A stretch of DNA of 64,000 bases. It comes from an uncultured virus (IMG/VR IMGVR_UViG_3300027973_000050). Taxonomy: Duplodnaviria > Heunggongvirae > Uroviricota > Caudoviricetes. Shown in pieces: positions 62,309-64,000 of this stretch. The position numbers and the translations under genes are program-made. The notes beneath the pieces were generated by a model. The model was not told the DNA's origin. It searched no databases and worked only from the letters and a program-made list of their open reading frames with translations. Position 1 is the stretch's first letter. Each line of letters begins with the position of its first letter. The stretch lies in IMG/VR virus record IMGVR_UViG_3300027973_000050. One strand, given 5' to 3'.

Positions 62309-62316
62309 TATAAATA
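62309..62316 (+). promoter_or_regulatory. T4-type late promoter TATAAATA
   Basis: Exact consensus upstream of the AAGGA RBS and ATG 62336. Confidence 0.8.
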
Positions 62317-62335
62317 TCAAGAACAAGGATAGTTA

Positions 62336-64000
62336 ATGTCATCGACCAATAGACAAAATAGATTACTAGTATCAGAAGATTGGAAAAAAATCTATCAAAG
62401 TTATCGCAATGCGGACTTTAAGAGTTATGACTTTGAAAATCTTCGTAGAGTCATGGTGGACTATCTAAGAGAAAACTACCCAGAAGACTTTAATGATTAT
62501 ATTGAAAGTAGTGAATATCTAGCCTTAATAGATATGATTGCTTTTTTAGGCCAAAGTATTGCTTTTAGAGTGGACCTAAATGCTCGTGATAACTTTTTAG
62601 AACTAGCTGAACGTAGAGAAAGTGTACTGAGATTATCAAGAACTATTGGTTATAATGCCAAACGTAATTTGACAGCTAACGGCTTACTGAAATTTCAAAG
62701 TGTTCAAACTTCACAAGATATTATTGACAGTAATGGAAGAAATTTACGTGGTCAAGAAATAGTATGGAATGACAATGCCAATAGCAATTGGTATGAACAA
62801 TTTATCAAAGTAATAAATGCAGCATTGCCGGCAAATAGTCAATTTGGTAACCCAGACAATAAAGCAGTAATTTATAATATACCTACAGAACAATATAGAT
62901 TGCAAACTGTAAACACAGTGATTCCCGTTTATACATTTAAAAAGGTTGTAGATGGCAGGACCATGAACTTTGAAGTAGTCAGTACTATCATAGAAAATGG
63001 CAACGAGATCGCAGAAGATCCGCCTCAAGCAGGCAAAAGTCTAGCATTTCTTTATAGAGATGATGGCAGAGGAGCAGCCAGTCCTAGTTCTGGATTTTTT
63101 GCACATTTTAGACAGGGCAGTTTGAATACTGGTACATTTTCAATCAGCAACCCTAGTACAAATGAAATTATAGATATTGATGCTGATGGAATCAATAACA
63201 CAGATGTTTGGTTATATAAATTAAATGCCAACGGTGTCGAATCAGAATACTGGGCTAAGGTGCCTAGTTTTGAAGGCAATAATGTAATATATAATAGCTT
63301 AAAGAAAAATATTAGAAATATCTATTCAGTTATCACTAGGACCAATGATAGAGTTAGTGTAGCTTTTAGTGACGGCACATTTGGCACATTGCCACTAGGT
63401 AATTTTAGAATTTATTATCGAGTCAGTAATGGTCTTAGATATACTATTAATCCTAAAGATATTAAAAATGTTGTAGTGGATATTCAATATGTTTCTAATA
63501 CTGGTCAAAGTCAAGTGTTAACTATAACCATGGGACTTCAAACCAGTGTAAACAACAGCGCCCCGTTTGAAACCAATGAAGAAATAAAAATTAATGCACC
63601 TGCCACATATTATACGCAAAATCGTATGATTACAGCAGAGGATTACAATATTAGCCCATTAAGTGTCAGTCAAGAAATAATAAAAATCAAAGCCATTAAT
63701 AGATCTAGCAGTGGCATTAGTAGATATTTTGACCTAAATGACCCAACTGGCAAATATAGCAGTACAAATTTATTTGGTGACGATGGTATACTTTATAAGC
63801 AATTATATGAGGACAGTTTTAGATTTAATTATACAAATAAAACAGATATTGAGGGTATAATTTACAATCAAGTTTTTAATTTTATTAAAGATACAAACCT
63901 TCGTAATTTTTACTACGACAATTATGATAAAACGGTAGTAATATATAATAATTTAAGTTGGAATCAAATAACTCAAGACACTAATCAATGTACTGGATAT
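62336..64000 (+). CDS. gp6: Baseplate wedge protein (gp6-like), partial; not in ORF track
   Basis: MSSTNRQNRLLVSEDW...DFKSYDFENLR..F.DYIESSE..ALID.IAF...FLELAERRESVLRL..IGY; later TQNRMITAEDY; open to the window end. Confidence 0.9.
   Translation, partial: MSSTNRQNRLLVSEDWKKIYQSYRNADFKSYDFENLRRVMVDYLRENYPEDFNDYIESSEYLALIDMIAFLGQSIAFRVDLNARDNFLELAERRESVLRLSRTIGYNAKRNLTANGLLKFQSVQTSQDIIDSNGRNLRGQEIVWNDNANSNWYEQFIKVINAALPANSQFGNPDNKAVIYNIPTEQYRLQTVNTVIPVYTFKKVVDGRTMNFEVVSTIIENGNEIAEDPPQAGKSLAFLYRDDGRGAASPSSGFFAHFRQGSLNTGTFSISNPSTNEIIDIDADGINNTDVWLYKLNANGVESEYWAKVPSFEGNNVIYNSLKKNIRNIYSVITRTNDRVSVAFSDGTFGTLPLGNFRIYYRVSNGLRYTINPKDIKNVVVDIQYVSNTGQSQVLTITMGLQTSVNNSAPFETNEEIKINAPATYYTQNRMITAEDYNISPLSVSQEIIKIKAINRSSSGISRYFDLNDPTGKYSSTNLFGDDGILYKQLYEDSFRFNYTNKTDIEGIIYNQVFNFIKDTNLRNFYYDNYDKTVVIYNNLSWNQITQDTNQCTGY

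Noticed and set aside
1..64000. Stop-codon reassignment, tRNA genes, integrase or transposase
   Set aside because: Genes are full length in code 11 with TAA, TAG and TGA all used as stops; no tRNA cloverleaf or mobile-element enzyme was recognised by eye.

Overview
Virion-morphogenesis region of a large T4-like (myovirus) phage; it reads well in the standard genetic code. The minus strand (1-50.4 kb) carries accessory fibre and structural genes. These include a >3298-aa proline-free (Gly-Val-Gln)n collagen with 18 interspersed aromatic CBM5/12-like modules, which is missing from the ORF track because it runs off the window, and a 5995-aa protein with about 34 tandem helical repeats. Each of those repeats carries a C-x-(R/K/E)-D motif closely resembling the bilin-attachment helix of phycobiliproteins. 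Next come the head module (gp23 capsid, scaffold, gp21 protease, gp20 portal) with inserted glycosyl/methyl-transferase-like genes and a tape-measure-like gene. To the right are a gp26-like gene with a probable -1 frameshift into a gp51-like frame, and a ~440-nt highly structured non-coding region directly downstream of a minimal GIY-YIG gene at the end of a gp55-gp47-gp46 operon. The window ends with the baseplate genes (tube initiator, gp53, hub, gp5, gp25, gp6 partial). T4-type late promoters ((A/T)TAAATA) precede most transcription units. Top candidates for novelty are the phycobiliprotein-like repeat giant protein, the GIY-YIG-linked structured RNA, the gp26/gp51 frameshift and the beads-on-a-string collagen fibre. 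All family assignments come from motif recognition by eye, not from database searches.
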